DNA from: Eledone cirrhosa | Lineage: Eukaryota | Assembly (NCBI GenBank): GCA_964016885.1 | Contig: OZ024753.1 | Span: forward strand, 6,510,001-6,574,000 | Length of the DNA: 64,000 nt | Direction: 5' to 3' | Shown: positions 25,651-38,950 of the stretch, in pieces | Layout: each line of letters begins with the position of its first letter | Numbering within the stretch: position 1 is the first letter of the stretch | Translations under genes and position numbers: made by a program | Notes under the pieces: model-generated | The model's database searches: none | Seen by the model: the letters and a program-made list of their open reading frames with translations, nothing else | What the model was told of the DNA's origin: nothing

Positions 25651-26414
25651 CATTTCATCTTTATATTTCTCAGTGAACTCCTATGCAATTCCTATTTTCT
25701 CCGACGCATTCTCGTTGATAACATTTGTAATCTTCACCATAGTGGTTGTTAGAAATAATATGTTTACTGTAAATAGCCAAACAAACGGACAAACCCAGAC
25801 ATTAACTGTAACATATGTTTACACACACTTATTCATACAAACACTCACACATTTACACGCTATCATGCGCATATATAACTGCGGTATAACATCAAAGAAG
25901 ATTCCGTTGCTACGCTTGTCAAAATTTGTCACAGTTCCTAAGCACTGAGTTTTATTTATCTTTTTTCTGTCACTTTCTCACACTCTTTCTTTCTCTCTAT
26001 CACTTTCTCACTCTCTCTCACTTTCTCACTCTTTCATTCTCTCTACCACTTTCTCATTCTCTCTCGTTCTCTCTATCACTTTCTCACCCTCTTTCTTTCT
26101 CTATCACCTTCTCACTCTCTTGTTACAATACTTGCCCCACCCCCTCAATTTCACCCTGTCTGTATTTACTTTCCTCACTCTCATTAACCATCATTAACTT
26201 TATTTATATTTCTGTATGTTTGTTGCAACTACAATATCCTCCAAATTGCCACAGACGTGATTATGTAATTAAACAAATCTAAGTTACAACCATGTGATAT
26301 TGGGTTCGACCTCAGTGTGCAGAATTCCGAAAAGATCAGCCACAAACGAAAATATCTGTAAATGCGAAAGCAGTCGTTTGTGACATATTTTCATTATTAT
26401 TCTAGTTCATTCTA

Positions 26415-26945
26415 GGTTAACGTTGCCTTTCATCCTTACGCGGTCGATAAAATAAAGTACCAGTAATGCTCTGGGGGTAATTGCTGGCCTTGTGCCAAAA
26501 GATCAGCCTCAAACGAAAATATCTGTAACTGCGAAAGCAGTCGTTTGTGACATGTTTTCATTATTATTCTAGTCCATTACTGGTGTTTTTTGTTTTCAAT
26601 AAAATAAAGTACCAGTAATGCACTGGGGTATTTGCTGGCCTTGTGCCAAAAGTAGAAACAATTATTATTCTTGTAACATTTTTACTTAAACCTACATAAG
26701 TCAGTGAATAAATAAATGTCAGGCTCCCTGAAATGATGCTATACTTCAGCTATTGTTATATAAATGAAGCATGCACATTATATTTTATATCTCTAGAGCT
26801 GTGGGTATGTGGCTTAGTGCATTGGGCTTGCAATGAAGAGGTTTTGAGTTCGATTCTCGGACCGGCTGATGCATTGTGTCCTTGAGCAGGACATTTTATT
26901 TCGCGTTGCACCAGTTTACTCAGCTGTAGAAATGAGATGCGACTT
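26415..26945 (+). mobile_element. Two truncated SINE A copies (26415-26500, 26598-26663) and a SINE B (26800-26945)
   Basis: Family motifs. Confidence 0.8.
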
Positions 26946-27189
26946 CAATTTGTGGGTACATATTTTTTCTCCTAATGTCAAGAATTGGACCTATATATTT
27001 CATATGACATCTGTGAAATCGATCTCTGATCATTTCTTCATATGTTCATATTCAATCTAGTAACATATATCATACACACAATGGTGTTTGTGCTTTTGCA
27101 TATTTAAGAAGCCTTAATGACACATCCTATTTTGAGGAATATTCTATTGGCGTAGTTTAATAAAAGATGCAGGCGTTGCTCTTTCAAGG

Positions 27190-27985
27190 CCGGGGGTCAC
27201 CCTGCTAGCCACTTACATGCCCCTCCAGCTACTGCATACCTGCTCGCTTAATGAGCCACATTTATGCATCAATGCCATAAGGCCCAACTCGGTCATAACT
27301 GACCAGGGTTTTGCACCTAGAAAGTTTCCCTTCGAGGCACAAACCTGGGTAAGGTTTGTTTTGTGGAAGACCAGTAGTCGCCCATGCATACCAGTCTCCC
27401 CACTCCACACCACCTATGTTGTGCAAGGGGAAGGCAATGGCCGATACAGCTTGGCACCAGTGAGGTCACAACATACATTATATATATATACACTATATAC
27501 TCTGTATATATATACACTCAATACACTATATATACACTATATATGATGATGTCCAGGGTAAAGGCTATGGCCGATACAGCTTGGCACCAATGAGGTCACA
27601 ACATACATTATATATATATACACTATATACTCTGTATATATATACACTCAATACTCTATATATACACTATATATGATGATGTCCAGGGTAAAGGCTATGG
27701 CAGATACAACTTGGCACCAGTGAGGTCACAACATACATTATATATATATACACTATATACACTCAATACTCTATATATACACTATATATGATGATGTCCA
27801 GGGTAAAGGCTATGGCAGATACAGCTTGGCACCAGTGACGTCGCAACTCATTTCTACAGCTGAGTAAACTGGAGCAACAAGAAATAAAGTGTCTTGCTCA
27901 GGGATACAAAGTATCACCCAGTCTGACAATCGAATTCGCCACCTCTCAATTGCAAGCCAAATGTTCTAACCATTAAGCCATGCCC
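27190..27985 (-). mobile_element. CORE SINE B (alternative body) split by a ~130-bp tandem triplication (27437-27838)
   Basis: Head at 27840-27985, body at 27290-27470 resembling 47608-47881; unit GGCTATGGCCGATACAGCTTGGCACCA..CATACATTATATA repeated. Confidence 0.8.
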
Positions 27986-29039
27986 TATATTAAATCTCAG
28001 CAGAATTTCTAATCTCGGGAAGCTTCTGCCCACTCATGCATTTCTAACTGTTAACAACTTGGAACGTTTCATCAGAAACATTAACTGTCTTAGTTGCATC
28101 GGTCTTCGTCCACATACAAACCCATTTTACCGTAAATGCTTTACTGGAGAATATATATTTTCAAACAATAACTATTTACGGAAAAAACAAACAAAATTGA
28201 TGTGGAAATTGAACATACAGTATAGATTGCACTCCTACTATCCATACCCAATTAACTTAACACAAAATGCTTCAAAGTCCTGAAAAATGCGTGCGGATAA
28301 ATCTTTGTTATAAACAATACCTTGTCCATTAATTCATTGAAGCATTCCAGCGTCCGCTAATCTTAGTTAAACCACACCTATCAAAATGAAAATATAATTC
28401 CATTACATAGGCGAGTGAGCTAGGTTTATATTGCTCGCATTCCTAATTCAGGAGGAACCACTAATAACTATCATCCTGCGCTGTTGTAATTCTCAATCGA
28501 TTTCATCGTTGAATATCTATAATATAAATGATTCTTCAAATGTGATAAGTCAATGTGTGTTTCAATATATACATAAAACTAAATTTATCATTGAACAAAA
28601 TTGTCCTTTCGTATATGTTATGAGGTTTTTCATTCCACTCATTTACATTGAGAACATATCTAACTTCCTGAATACTATTAATATATATTCCGATTGATAT
28701 ATTCAATTCATTCTAACATTAACCGACTTAAATAAATATATCACATATATACATAACTAAATTCTCATGTTAATATGTTATATTAATGTTGTGTTTCAAA
28801 CGATATATAAACCAACATCTCCCATACATACATTATATATATTATAGGATGACTTAGACCTGACACAGTAAGAAATGTTTCTGACAATTAACTTCACTTT
28901 ATTGTACTCCAATCTGCACCATCGTTTGATCAAACGATAAATATACAGATAAAATGGCACACATCTATACAAAAGCACAGCCAACTCTATTTATAATCAC
29001 ATTGAAAATACAGAAACCATACATATTTAATGGGATATG

Positions 29040-29512
29040 TAATATATATAATTTATATATATGTTTATATTTATGTGTATATATATATATGTTTATGTAT
29101 ATATATATATATAATTTATATATATCTGTATATATGTATATATATAATTTATATATATATGTTTATATTTATGTGTATATATATATATGTTTATATATAT
29201 ATATATAATGTACATATAAAAATATGCTTATATTTATATGTATACGTATATATATATATAGAAGTAGTTTCATAACTGTTAGTTCACCATATATGTTTAT
29301 ATATATATGTTTATATATTTATATACATGTTTATATATATTTATGTATATATATATATATGTTTATATATATATATATATATGTCTATATATATGTATAT
29401 ATATATATGTGTGTGTGTTTATATATATGTATGTATATATATGTGTTTATATATATGTGTGTTTATATACATGTATATATATATGTATGTATATATATAT
29501 ATATATATATAT
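29040..29512. repeat. Degenerate (TA)n microsatellite
   Basis: Direct observation. Confidence 0.95.
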
Positions 29513-29715
29513 ACGTACACCCACCCACACCCATACATATGTACGCATGTATATATCAGGGGCTTAATGGTAGTTATTATGTAGAAGCAAAAGGTGATAT
29601 CAATATAAACATGTAAAATAAATACCAATCTTTGTAAATAATAATATAGATATTATCATGACAGAGATATTGGAATTACAGACAACATAATTACTGGTAC
29701 TGTGATAATTATCTA

Positions 29716-29893
29716 ATTGGCAGTATCGGTAGATAGTCGGACACCATGCTTTGAAGCATAGAGTTACGTCCCTTTACGATCTGAGTTCAAATCCTGCCAA
29801 GGTTAACTTTGCCTTTCATCCTTACGGGGTCGATAAAATAAAGTACCAGTAATGTACTGGGTAATTGCTGGCCTTGTGCCTAACGTAGAAACA
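29716..29893 (+). mobile_element. SINE A
   Basis: Family consensus with A and B boxes. Confidence 0.9.
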
Positions 29894-30519
29894 GTTATAA
29901 GTTCAAATCATACACAATTCATTTTTCCTCTATCTAGTAGCAGAAGCAAAATTGACCAAACCGAATATCATTGACACTAATGTAGTTTGCCTTATGAATA
30001 TGTTATACATGAGACCCACTTATATTATGTAAACCTATACAAAGGTTTGGAATATGCTTGGAATATGTACTGGACCCCATTAGATTAAGGACGATATATA
30101 TTTTAGTTATTTGACCAGTAAACATCCTATCATATGTTGAAAGCCTTGAATATAGAGAAAGTAATATCTGACTGACTTGTGGGTGGCCTGGACCTCTGGA
30201 AAAACGGACAAGAATAATAATGGTTTCTACTTTTGGCACAAGGCCAGCAATTACCTCAGTGCATTACTCGTAATTTATTTTATAGAAAACAAAAAACACC
30301 ATTCGATTAAGGACGACATGTGTTTCAGTTATTTGACTAGTAAACATCCTACGATACGTTAAAAATCGTCAATGTTAAGAAAGTAGTATCTATCTGACTC
30401 ATGTGTGCCAGGGTGGGCTGGAACTCTGGAAAGACACCCACTCAATGGGCATCGGGGGTGATAAAAGAGAGACAACAGAGATTGCTATCAATATAGATCT
30501 TTAACAAGGATCTTTTGTT

Positions 30520-30708
30520 AAGCCTGCCTTCCTAGTAAAATTTATCTTAAATGTCTGGCAAAGAGATGTAGAGATATTGCCGAGTTCAAACTAGCAGATG
30601 AACAGCATGGATGTCACCACGGATGCACCAGAGTCGACCAAACATTCAAATTGCGGCAGATCTTTGAGAAATCCTGTCAATACTGTCAAAGGGTGTATTC
30701 CTGCTTTC
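30520..30708 (+). pseudogene. RTE-clade (Expander-like) RT fragment
   Basis: Translates LPSKIYLKCLAKRCRDIAEFKLADEQHGCHHGCTRVDQTFKLRQIFEKSCQYCQRVYSCF, matching the RT EQ.GF..G....DQ.F.LRQ..EK motif. Confidence 0.8.
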
Positions 30709-31072
30709 ACAATATTTTCAAGGGTAATGATTACTCGTTTAACTTTACGGTAGTTTAGTTAGTTAATACGTAGGGAAAGTGTGAGTAGTAAGGAGACATG
30801 TGGAATTAACGCTAGAAAATAGCAATGCATCAGAGTTGTCACCATTCGTGTTGGCTGCCATAGGTATAAAACATTCCTTGAAGTCCCTCACGAAACTCAT
30901 TTACAAAGAAAATATTTAAGCTGTACACAGGAAGTGAAAAATACTCATATTACTCCAATTCTTGTAACAACTGTAGAGCTTCAATTTTACACTTGATACA
31001 CCTTGTACACATGAGAAGGCACGAGTAATGTCGTGTTGTTGATAATTGCTTTAGAACTAGTTGCTTGGTTCT

Positions 31073-31857
31073 TACGCCTTTTACACAGTTCAGATTTAAA
31101 ATATGGAAGAATACGCTATTTACACAGTTCAGATTTAAAATATGGAAGAATACGCTATTTACACAGTTCAGATTTAAAATATGGAAGAATACGCTATTTA
31201 CACAGTTCATATTTAAAATATGGAAGAATACGTTATTTACACAGTTCAGATTTAAAATATGGAAGAATACGCTATTTACACAGTTCATATTTAAAATATG
31301 GAAGAATACGCTATTTACACAGTTCAGATTTAAAATATGGAAGAATACGCTATTTACACAGTTCAGATTTAAAATATGGAAGAATACGCTATTTACACAG
31401 TTCAGATTTAAAATATGGAAGAATACGCTATTTACACAGTTCAGATTTAAAATATGGAAGAATACGCTATTTACACAGTTCAGATTTAAAATATGAAAGA
31501 ATACGCTATTTACACAGTTCATATTTAAAATATGAAAGAATACGCTATTTACACAGTTCAAATTTAAAATATGGAAGAATACGCTATTTACACAGTTCAT
31601 ATTTAAAATATGGAAGAATACGCTATTTACACAGTTCATATTTAAAATATGGAAGAATACGCTATTTACACAGTTCATATTTAAAATATGGAAGAATACG
31701 CTATTTACACAGTTCAGATTTAAAATATGGAAGAATACGCTATTTACACAGTTCATATTTAAAATATGAAAGAATACGCTATTTACACAGTTCATATTTA
31801 AAATATGGAAGAACACGCTATTTACACAGTTCAGGTGTAAAATATGAAAGAAATATT
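31073..31857. repeat. 39-bp tandem satellite, ~20 copies
   Basis: TTTACACAGTTCA(G/T)ATTTAAAATATGGAAGAATACGCTA units. Confidence 0.97.
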
Positions 31858-32145
31858 TAATACTGGAATGGATATTATACCTGTCAAAACGTGTGGATCA
31901 TCTTAATACTTGAGTTTATACCTTGCTTGGTTAAAGTTGCATGAAGGTAAATCACAAGTCCTAACTAAGTGCATCATCTTACCCAATTAATTAAATATGT
32001 ACTTGTAATTGGTTTTGAAACAACAAAACCATCTCTGATTGTATAATTTACTTTCATTTAAGACATCTTTTGATTCTATTTTATATATCGAACCAGGAAA
32101 AATAAATCCCCTACTTAATTGTTTGAGCATTAACAATCGAATATA

Positions 32146-32517
32146 CCGTATTTCTCGGTGTCGAAGACGCTACTTTTCCCCTAAAATAAGTCTAATAAAT
32201 TTACCATACATCCTGGAGGCTGAAGGTTGTCTATTATTTTTTTTCAAATTTGGGCGGTGGATTGGCAGTATCGGTAGAGGGTCGGATGCCATGCTTTCCA
32301 GCATAGTTACATCCCTTTACGATCTGAGTTCAAATCCCGCCGAGGTTGACTTTGCCTTTCATCCTTACGGGGTCGATAAAATAAAGTACCAGTAATGAAC
32401 TGGGTAATTGCTGGCCTTGTGCCTAAAGTAGAAACAATTATTTTTTTCAAATTTTTGATTGTCAAAATTAGGGTGCGTCCTCGCAGACGAAGCGTCTTCG
32501 GCGCCGGAAAATGATGG
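32146..32517. mobile_element. Tc2/pogo-type MITE interrupted by a full SINE A (32252-32439, +)
   Basis: TA|CCGTATTTCTCGGTGTCGAAGACGC ... GCGTCTTCGGCGCCGGAAAATGATGG|TA; the SINE has TSD TTATTTTTTTCAAATTT. Confidence 0.8.
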
Positions 32518-33366
32518 TATATTTGGAAGCTAGAGTGTTAAACTGGAAGAGATAACACAAGAAAAACATCTCATGGCATAGCCATGTGAATCAGGGAAAA
32601 TAGTATTATAACTCCTATCAGTAATACGATATTTTAATCCGAACCTTTATAATAGCTGACGTAGAAGGCTTAGAAACTGGGGAATACAATAAAATAGTTT
32701 TATTAGTTTTATATTTCTCTTCAGTCAACAAGGCTACAAGATTTATCTTTATGGCACTGAGGTAATGGCAGATTCATTCATCTTAAAAGAAATAAAACGA
32801 AATATCAGTAATATTTTGTTGATGGTCTAGAGGTGGGACAGGTGGGGGTGTAGAATTGTAGTTCCTGATTATTTTATCTTATTTTATTTTTTGTTTATTA
32901 TTTATCTTTCTTATATTCGTATTTAACATTTTTGTAGTTTAATATTGTCGATTAGAAAATAGCTTGCCTATGAATAATCAATTTAATACAAGCATTCAAG
33001 TATTTGTTTCATTAAAAAGTTTAATTTTAAACAAATATATGTGAAATGAAAAAAACATAGTACATAAAAAAATGTATGAGTAATCACAAAAATGAAGAGG
33101 GTTGAATAAAGAATTACAGACAATATACTATAAATATTGATGAAAATGCGATAAAATTTCGAATGGAAAACAAGTCTCCTAATGATAAAATTCTGCTATA
33201 AAACTCCTGCGGAGAAATGTTGCATATTTAGGGTATCATGATAATAAAAGAGCATAATTAAGACTAAAAATATTTATGTTGTTCAATTTTATGGTGATGA
33301 TATTTCTCTTTGCGGTTTTAATTATTTCTGCTCAAATCATTAGAGTATAGCTAATATAGCTGAAAA

Positions 33367-33428
<62 letters not shown>

Positions 33429-33477
33429 TTCTCTATATATATGTATATATGTATATATGTATATATATATACACATT

Positions 33478-33508
<31 letters not shown>

Positions 33509-33740
33509 GTATATATATACACATTTATATACCTATCTTTATATATATTATATATATATATATATACACTTATAGCTTGCCTATGAATAATCAATTTAAT
33601 GCAAGCATTCAAGTATTTGTTTCATTAAAAAGTTTAGGGCGACCGACTGAGGTAGAAGTTGCTAAATAGTCGGTCGTCCTCTTGTCTCTGATTTTCAGCC
33701 CCATGGATTTTATCTGTTATATTCCTTTGTTATATTTCGA

Positions 33741-33798
33741 ATACCTGATGATATCACCGGATTCATACTGAACCCGGTCAATGAAATGATCATAGTAT
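33741..33798 (+). ncRNA. Minimal type I hammerhead ribozyme in a PLE-like remnant (~33570-33851)
   Basis: AUAC-CUGAUGA-..ACCGG-AUUCA-uac-UGAAC-CCGGU..-GAAA-UGAUCA-UA-GUAU, with AATAAA at 33799; (TA)n flanks. Confidence 0.75.
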
Positions 33799-34382
33799 AA
33801 TAAACCTTTCAAGGATTTACACCAGTCCAGCCTCCTGTTATTTTATACACTTATATATATATATATATATATGGGGGAGGAGAGAGAGAGATTATTTTCA
33901 TTAAAGAAATCTAAAATATACTGACGCTAAAACCAACCGAAACCAAACAGCAATATTATAACAACATGACCCTCCCCAAATTTACCATTATTTTCATTGT
34001 TTATTTAATTTGGGAAAAATATGGACAGCCTATTTTTGTTTATGATGGTCTTCATATAATTTGGTTTAATAGTTTTGGGGTGAATTTAGATATCAGGAAT
34101 GTTAACCTTATGCTGTTACATGTGAAGTAACCATTTGACAACAATTTTTTAAACATTTCCTTCTTATCCCATATTGTGACAGTTGATACATATATATCAC
34201 ATTGTGACATTACCTTGTGGATTTTGTGACTGATTATATATATATTTTATATCTATATATTAATAATTTATTTTCCTAGAAGAATGTGTAAGGTCGCAAA
34301 ATTACTAAAAAATATATATCCAAATTCAAGTGAAATTATGCATTATAAGTATATGTGTGATCTAGTAGCCTACAATTTCCTA

Positions 34383-34512
34383 CAGGTAAAATTCCGTTAT
34401 AACGAATTTTTTAGTACAACGAAATTTTTTTCAATCCCCAGCCTCGCGCTCAATGTGTTAGGTGGATATCATTGTTATACCCCGTGAATTTCGTTATAGC
34501 GGAATTTTACAG
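34383..34512. mobile_element. Tigger/pogo-like MITE
   Basis: TA|CAGGTAAAATTCCGTTATAACGAA ... TTCGTTATAGCGGAATTTTACAG|TA. Confidence 0.8.
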
Positions 34513-35246
34513 TATCAGCTATTTCTGCAATAATTCGTATTTCTAATTAGGTTCTTGCCTAAATTAAAGTATGATATATTTAAAATGTGTAGATGCAACA
34601 ATAACTAATGCAGAAGGGATGTAACTTATTGTAAATATTCAATAATATTATAATATTTCCTACGGTTTCCTTTTATATGTGTATTGTACTGAATCCCTCT
34701 GCTGAATCTGCCTAGCATAAAGAGATATTCTACCCAGTTATTTTGTTCAAACACATGAAAATATATTCATAAATAAATTAATCAATACAAAGATCTTTTG
34801 ACACATATACTGTGACCTCCTCACTGACTAATTTGTTATTATGTCTCTCCATTGTTCTGTACTGCACTAGCTTGTTTGAGTGAACTCACAGTTCACAAAT
34901 AAAATTGATATTCATATATAATTCATTATGAAGTGTGAATCATTGCTTGGTAGAATATTATGAAATTATAAATATAATAAATGTTTCATATATTTTTGTT
35001 TATGAGAAATGAAATGCTATATTCAAAACAGATTTTAGATTGTCTGTGTATTACCCAGATCCATATAAACAGAGGCAATGTAGTATATAGTAAAATAGCA
35101 ACAGTGCACACAAGTACATATGAATACTTGTGCATCCGCTTGCGTACCACCTCTGCAACACGCAAACGCTTCCAGCCACATACAGCAATGCATGGTTACA
35201 CTAACACACGGTGTCGGGAAGGCACGTGCACGCAGAGAAACCTACA

Positions 35247-35255
35247 CGCGCGCGC

Positions 35256-35294
<39 letters not shown>

Positions 35295-35315
35295 TGTGTG
35301 TGTGTGTGTATGTGT
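35247..35315. repeat. (CG)n-(TGCG)n-(TG)n alternating purine-pyrimidine tract
   Basis: Direct observation. Confidence 0.95.
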
Positions 35316-36607
35316 GAATAACCAGTTTACGCTAGTAATACTTGTTACACCCCCCCCCGTACTAATATGGCCAGACCACCCGTACATTCCACTACTAACA
35401 CCATTAACATCACTAACACACCCTTCCACCCTACCTCCATGTGCCTGCGTGCGTGTGCTTGTGTATGTGTGTGTGTGTGTGCGTTTGTATGTGTATGCGT
35501 TTGCGTGTGCTCGTGCATGCTGTCACATATTATGCGCCACTAACTACAAATCTCGGCCTTTTAACAACATTTTATTTAATTTTTTTGTATTTTTCCTTCT
35601 TTAACTTTATTTTCTTTGATATCTTTCTTTTGTGTTTTTCCGGAGGAAGAGCAAATGCTCGATACGTTGCCTATGTAAATCATTCTCCTTGCTCCAAGCG
35701 TGAAACTAATAGAATTCATATTGTTGCAGCATCTTGTTTGTTCGTTTCCTGTGTCCTTGGTTTATATGGTTGAGAGTTATGAGTATGAGCGGGTTGCTAT
35801 GTTTAGTGTTCATATAAGGAGACAAAGTGGTGTGCCATAGGCAAATAGAGATATAGATTTGTATAATGAGACTAAAAGCAGAAGGCCATACCAATGTAAC
35901 TTCATATTATTATATACAGATGTGTTAATGTAAACAGAAATTAGAATTTCCTGTTATCTTCAGTATGCCTATGATAATACAAAGCTGTCTAGACACGTAA
36001 GTGTTGAAAAATGAATCAACAAAAGTTTATTGGATCAATACTTATAGTATATAGTTCATGAATTTTTATAACGGAACTTTCAAATCTGAATATGATTCTT
36101 TCTTAATAAGCTCACCCCAAGCAAGACAATAAAGCCAGAAAAATAATAAAAGGTTTACTGAGAAAGCAAAAAAATGAGACCCATGACATAGCATACTTGT
36201 TTCACGGAGAAACAGATGAAGTTTGCGGTTGCTTTTGGAATTTGGTAAATTATAGAAACTAAAGCAAAGTGCTGGAAGGGAATTCTATAGGCAAATATGA
36301 GAGGGAGGAAGCCATAAAATAGAATGTACGATAATATTTAGAAATTTTAGCTGTGTATGGATAAAATCTACCCATAAATCTATTAAGCTCAACATAAATA
36401 TTTGTGGAAATTATGAACTCAACTGTTTTTTTTTTTGAGGGAATTTATAAACAATCAACACATATGGTGATGACTTGATTTATATATTTCTTTACTGCCA
36501 GGAGACTAAATATTTAATATTAAAACTTTCAAATAGGAGAAGATATAACCACATAACGTATGATGTTCTTAATTTAAATTGCAATGTCATCCTTAACTGA
36601 TGCTCAA

Positions 36608-37392
36608 TGTCATCATCATTTTACGTCCACTTTTCCCTGCTGGCAAGGGTGGGATGGGTCCTTTTCAGCACAGCTTCTCTCTATTCGTCACGGTCCTTCA
36701 TCATCTCCTCTGTGAGCTTCAGCGATTTGAGCTCAGCACTCATCACCTCCGCCCATGTTTTTCCTGGTCTTCCTCTACTGTGTCTTCCTTCCACCAGGAT
36801 TTCTTGGGACGGGTCCTCTTCAGCACAGCATCTCTCCATTCGTCACGGTCCTTCATCATCTCCTCTGTGAGCTTCAGCGATCTGAGGTCAGCTCTCACCA
36901 CCTCCACCCATGTTTTTCCAGGTCTTCCTCTACTGTGTCTTCCTTCCATCAGGATTTCTTGGGACGGGTCCTCTTCAGCACAGCATCTCTCCATTCATCA
37001 TGGTCCTCCGACATCTCCTCCGTGAGCTTCAGCGATCTGAGGTTACCTCTCACCACCTCCGCCCATGTTTTTCCTGGTCTTCCTCTATTGTGTCTTCCTT
37101 CCACCAGGATTTCTTGGGACGGGTCCTCTTCAGCACAACATCTCTCCATTCGTCACGGTCCTTCATCATCTCCTCCGTGAGCTTCAGCGATCTGAGGTCA
37201 GCTCTCACCACCTCCGCCCATGATTTTCGTGGCCTTCCTCTACTGGGATTTCTTGGCACTTATTTACCCAACGGTCATCCTCCATGTGCATCACATGTCC
37301 ATACCAACGCAGTCTTCTCTCCCGCACACTACAGCTTATCCCTCTTATACACAGTCACTCTCTCAATTCGTTTATGCTTGGTCATTTACCCT
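36608..37392 (-). mobile_element. RTE LINE 3' end with a ~155-bp segment tandemly repeated ~4 times
   Basis: Minus strand RGRPGKTWVEVVRADLRSLKLTEEMMKDRDEWRDAVLKRTR; CAGCAC anchors at 36667, 36821, 36976, 37131; (GAT)n tail. Confidence 0.9.
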
Positions 37393-37404
37393 AACCCTAA
37401 AATA

Positions 37405-37642
37405 TGGTTGGCCTTGTGCCTAAATCAGAAACCAACGGCAGTATTGGTAGAGGGTCGGACGCCATGTTATGCAGCATAGAGTTATGGACCTTTATGTTGT
37501 GGGTTCAAATTTCGCATAGTTAGCTTTGCCTTTCATTCTTACAGGGGTCGATAAAAAAAAGCACCAGTAATGCACTGGTGTCGATTTAAGCAACTTTCCC
37601 ATACCCTAAAAAATTGTTGGCCTTGTGCCTAAATCCGAAACC
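37405..37642 (+). mobile_element. SINE A, long (older) variant
   Basis: Family motifs plus an extra GTCGATTTAAGCAAC segment. Confidence 0.8.
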
Positions 37643-37651
37643 ACTCATAAT

Positions 37652-37847
37652 GTAGTAGTAGTAGTAGTAATGGTAGTAGTAGTAGTAGTGGTAGTGGTAG
37701 TGGTATTAGTAGTGGTAGTGGTATTAGTAGTGGTAGTAGTAGTAGTGGTAGTAGTAGTGGTAGTGGTAGTAGTAGTAGCAGTAGTAGTGGTAGTAGTAGT
37801 AGCAGTAGTAGTGGTAGTAGTAGTAGCAAGAGTAGTAGTAGTAGTAG
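37652..37847. repeat. (GTA/GTG)n microsatellite
   Basis: Direct observation. Confidence 0.97.
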
Positions 37848-37942
37848 ACACATTCTGTGTGATAACATTTAAATTTAAGTAATGGAATCTTTTATATTGG
37901 CAGAATATATATAGAGAGAGAGCGGGCTTATAATATAGAGAT

Positions 37943-38436
37943 AATTGTTTCTACGCTTGGCACAAGGCCAGCAATTATCCCAGTGTATTACTGGTACTTT
38001 ATTTTATCGACCCCGTAAGGATGAAAGGCAAAGTTAACCTCGGCGGGATTTGAACTCAGAATGGCAAGGGCCGTAACTCTATGCGTCAAAGCATGGCGTC
38101 CGACCCTCTACCGATACTGCCTATCCACCGCCTTATAATATAGAGATAATAATTGTTTCTATGCTTGGCACAAGGCCAGCAATTATCCCAGTGTATTACT
38201 GGTACTTTATTTTATCGACCCTGTAAGGATGAAAGGCAAAGTTAACTTCAGTATTAATAATTGTTTCTACTTTTGGCACAAGGCCAGCAAAACCCAGTGT
38301 ATTACTGGTACTTTATTTTATCGACCCCGTAAGGATGAAAGGCAAAGTTAACCTTGGCGGGATTTGAACTCATAATGGCAAGGGCCGTAACTCTATGCGT
38401 CAAAGCATGGCGTCCGACCCTCTACCGATACTGCCG
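37943..38436 (-). mobile_element. Three tandem SINE A copies
   Basis: 37943-38132 with TSD CTTATAATATAGAGATAAT; 38152-38250 truncated; 38260-38436. Confidence 0.9.
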
Positions 38437-38950
38437 CCAATCCCCTGCCTATGACCAGGTCCGAACACAGAGGAGCCGAACTCCCACTGTCATCGCCTCC
38501 ATCTCTCTTGCTCTCCCCATCTTTCACTATTATGAGCAAATGGGATCCCACGTGCTGGCCACCCCACGGCCCCGGCGGACAGAGTAGAGAAGGCGTTTCC
38601 CCAGAGGATGGTACGGAAGAAGAGCCATTCCATCTCACGAGGCTCACATCTGCAGTTCGCCAGCTCAGCGCCTATGGTGGTGAGTAGGGAGGTAGCCCTG
38701 GGACCAAGGACACCAGTAGTAGTATTGTGTTTGAAATATGTAAACAAAACATTTATTTGTGGAGCTCGTATTTTCGAACATACAAAGCGTTGAGAACAAA
38801 ACAACTATAAGAAGATGTAGGATGTTCCTGCACAGAAAGTAACTGAAATTACAGTCAGTTGCTATAAAATAGCTCATAAACATCGGGTAAAGAGACTTAA
38901 GGACGAAGGATTATTTGAGTGTCTGCTACAAAGTATCGAACACCTTATCT

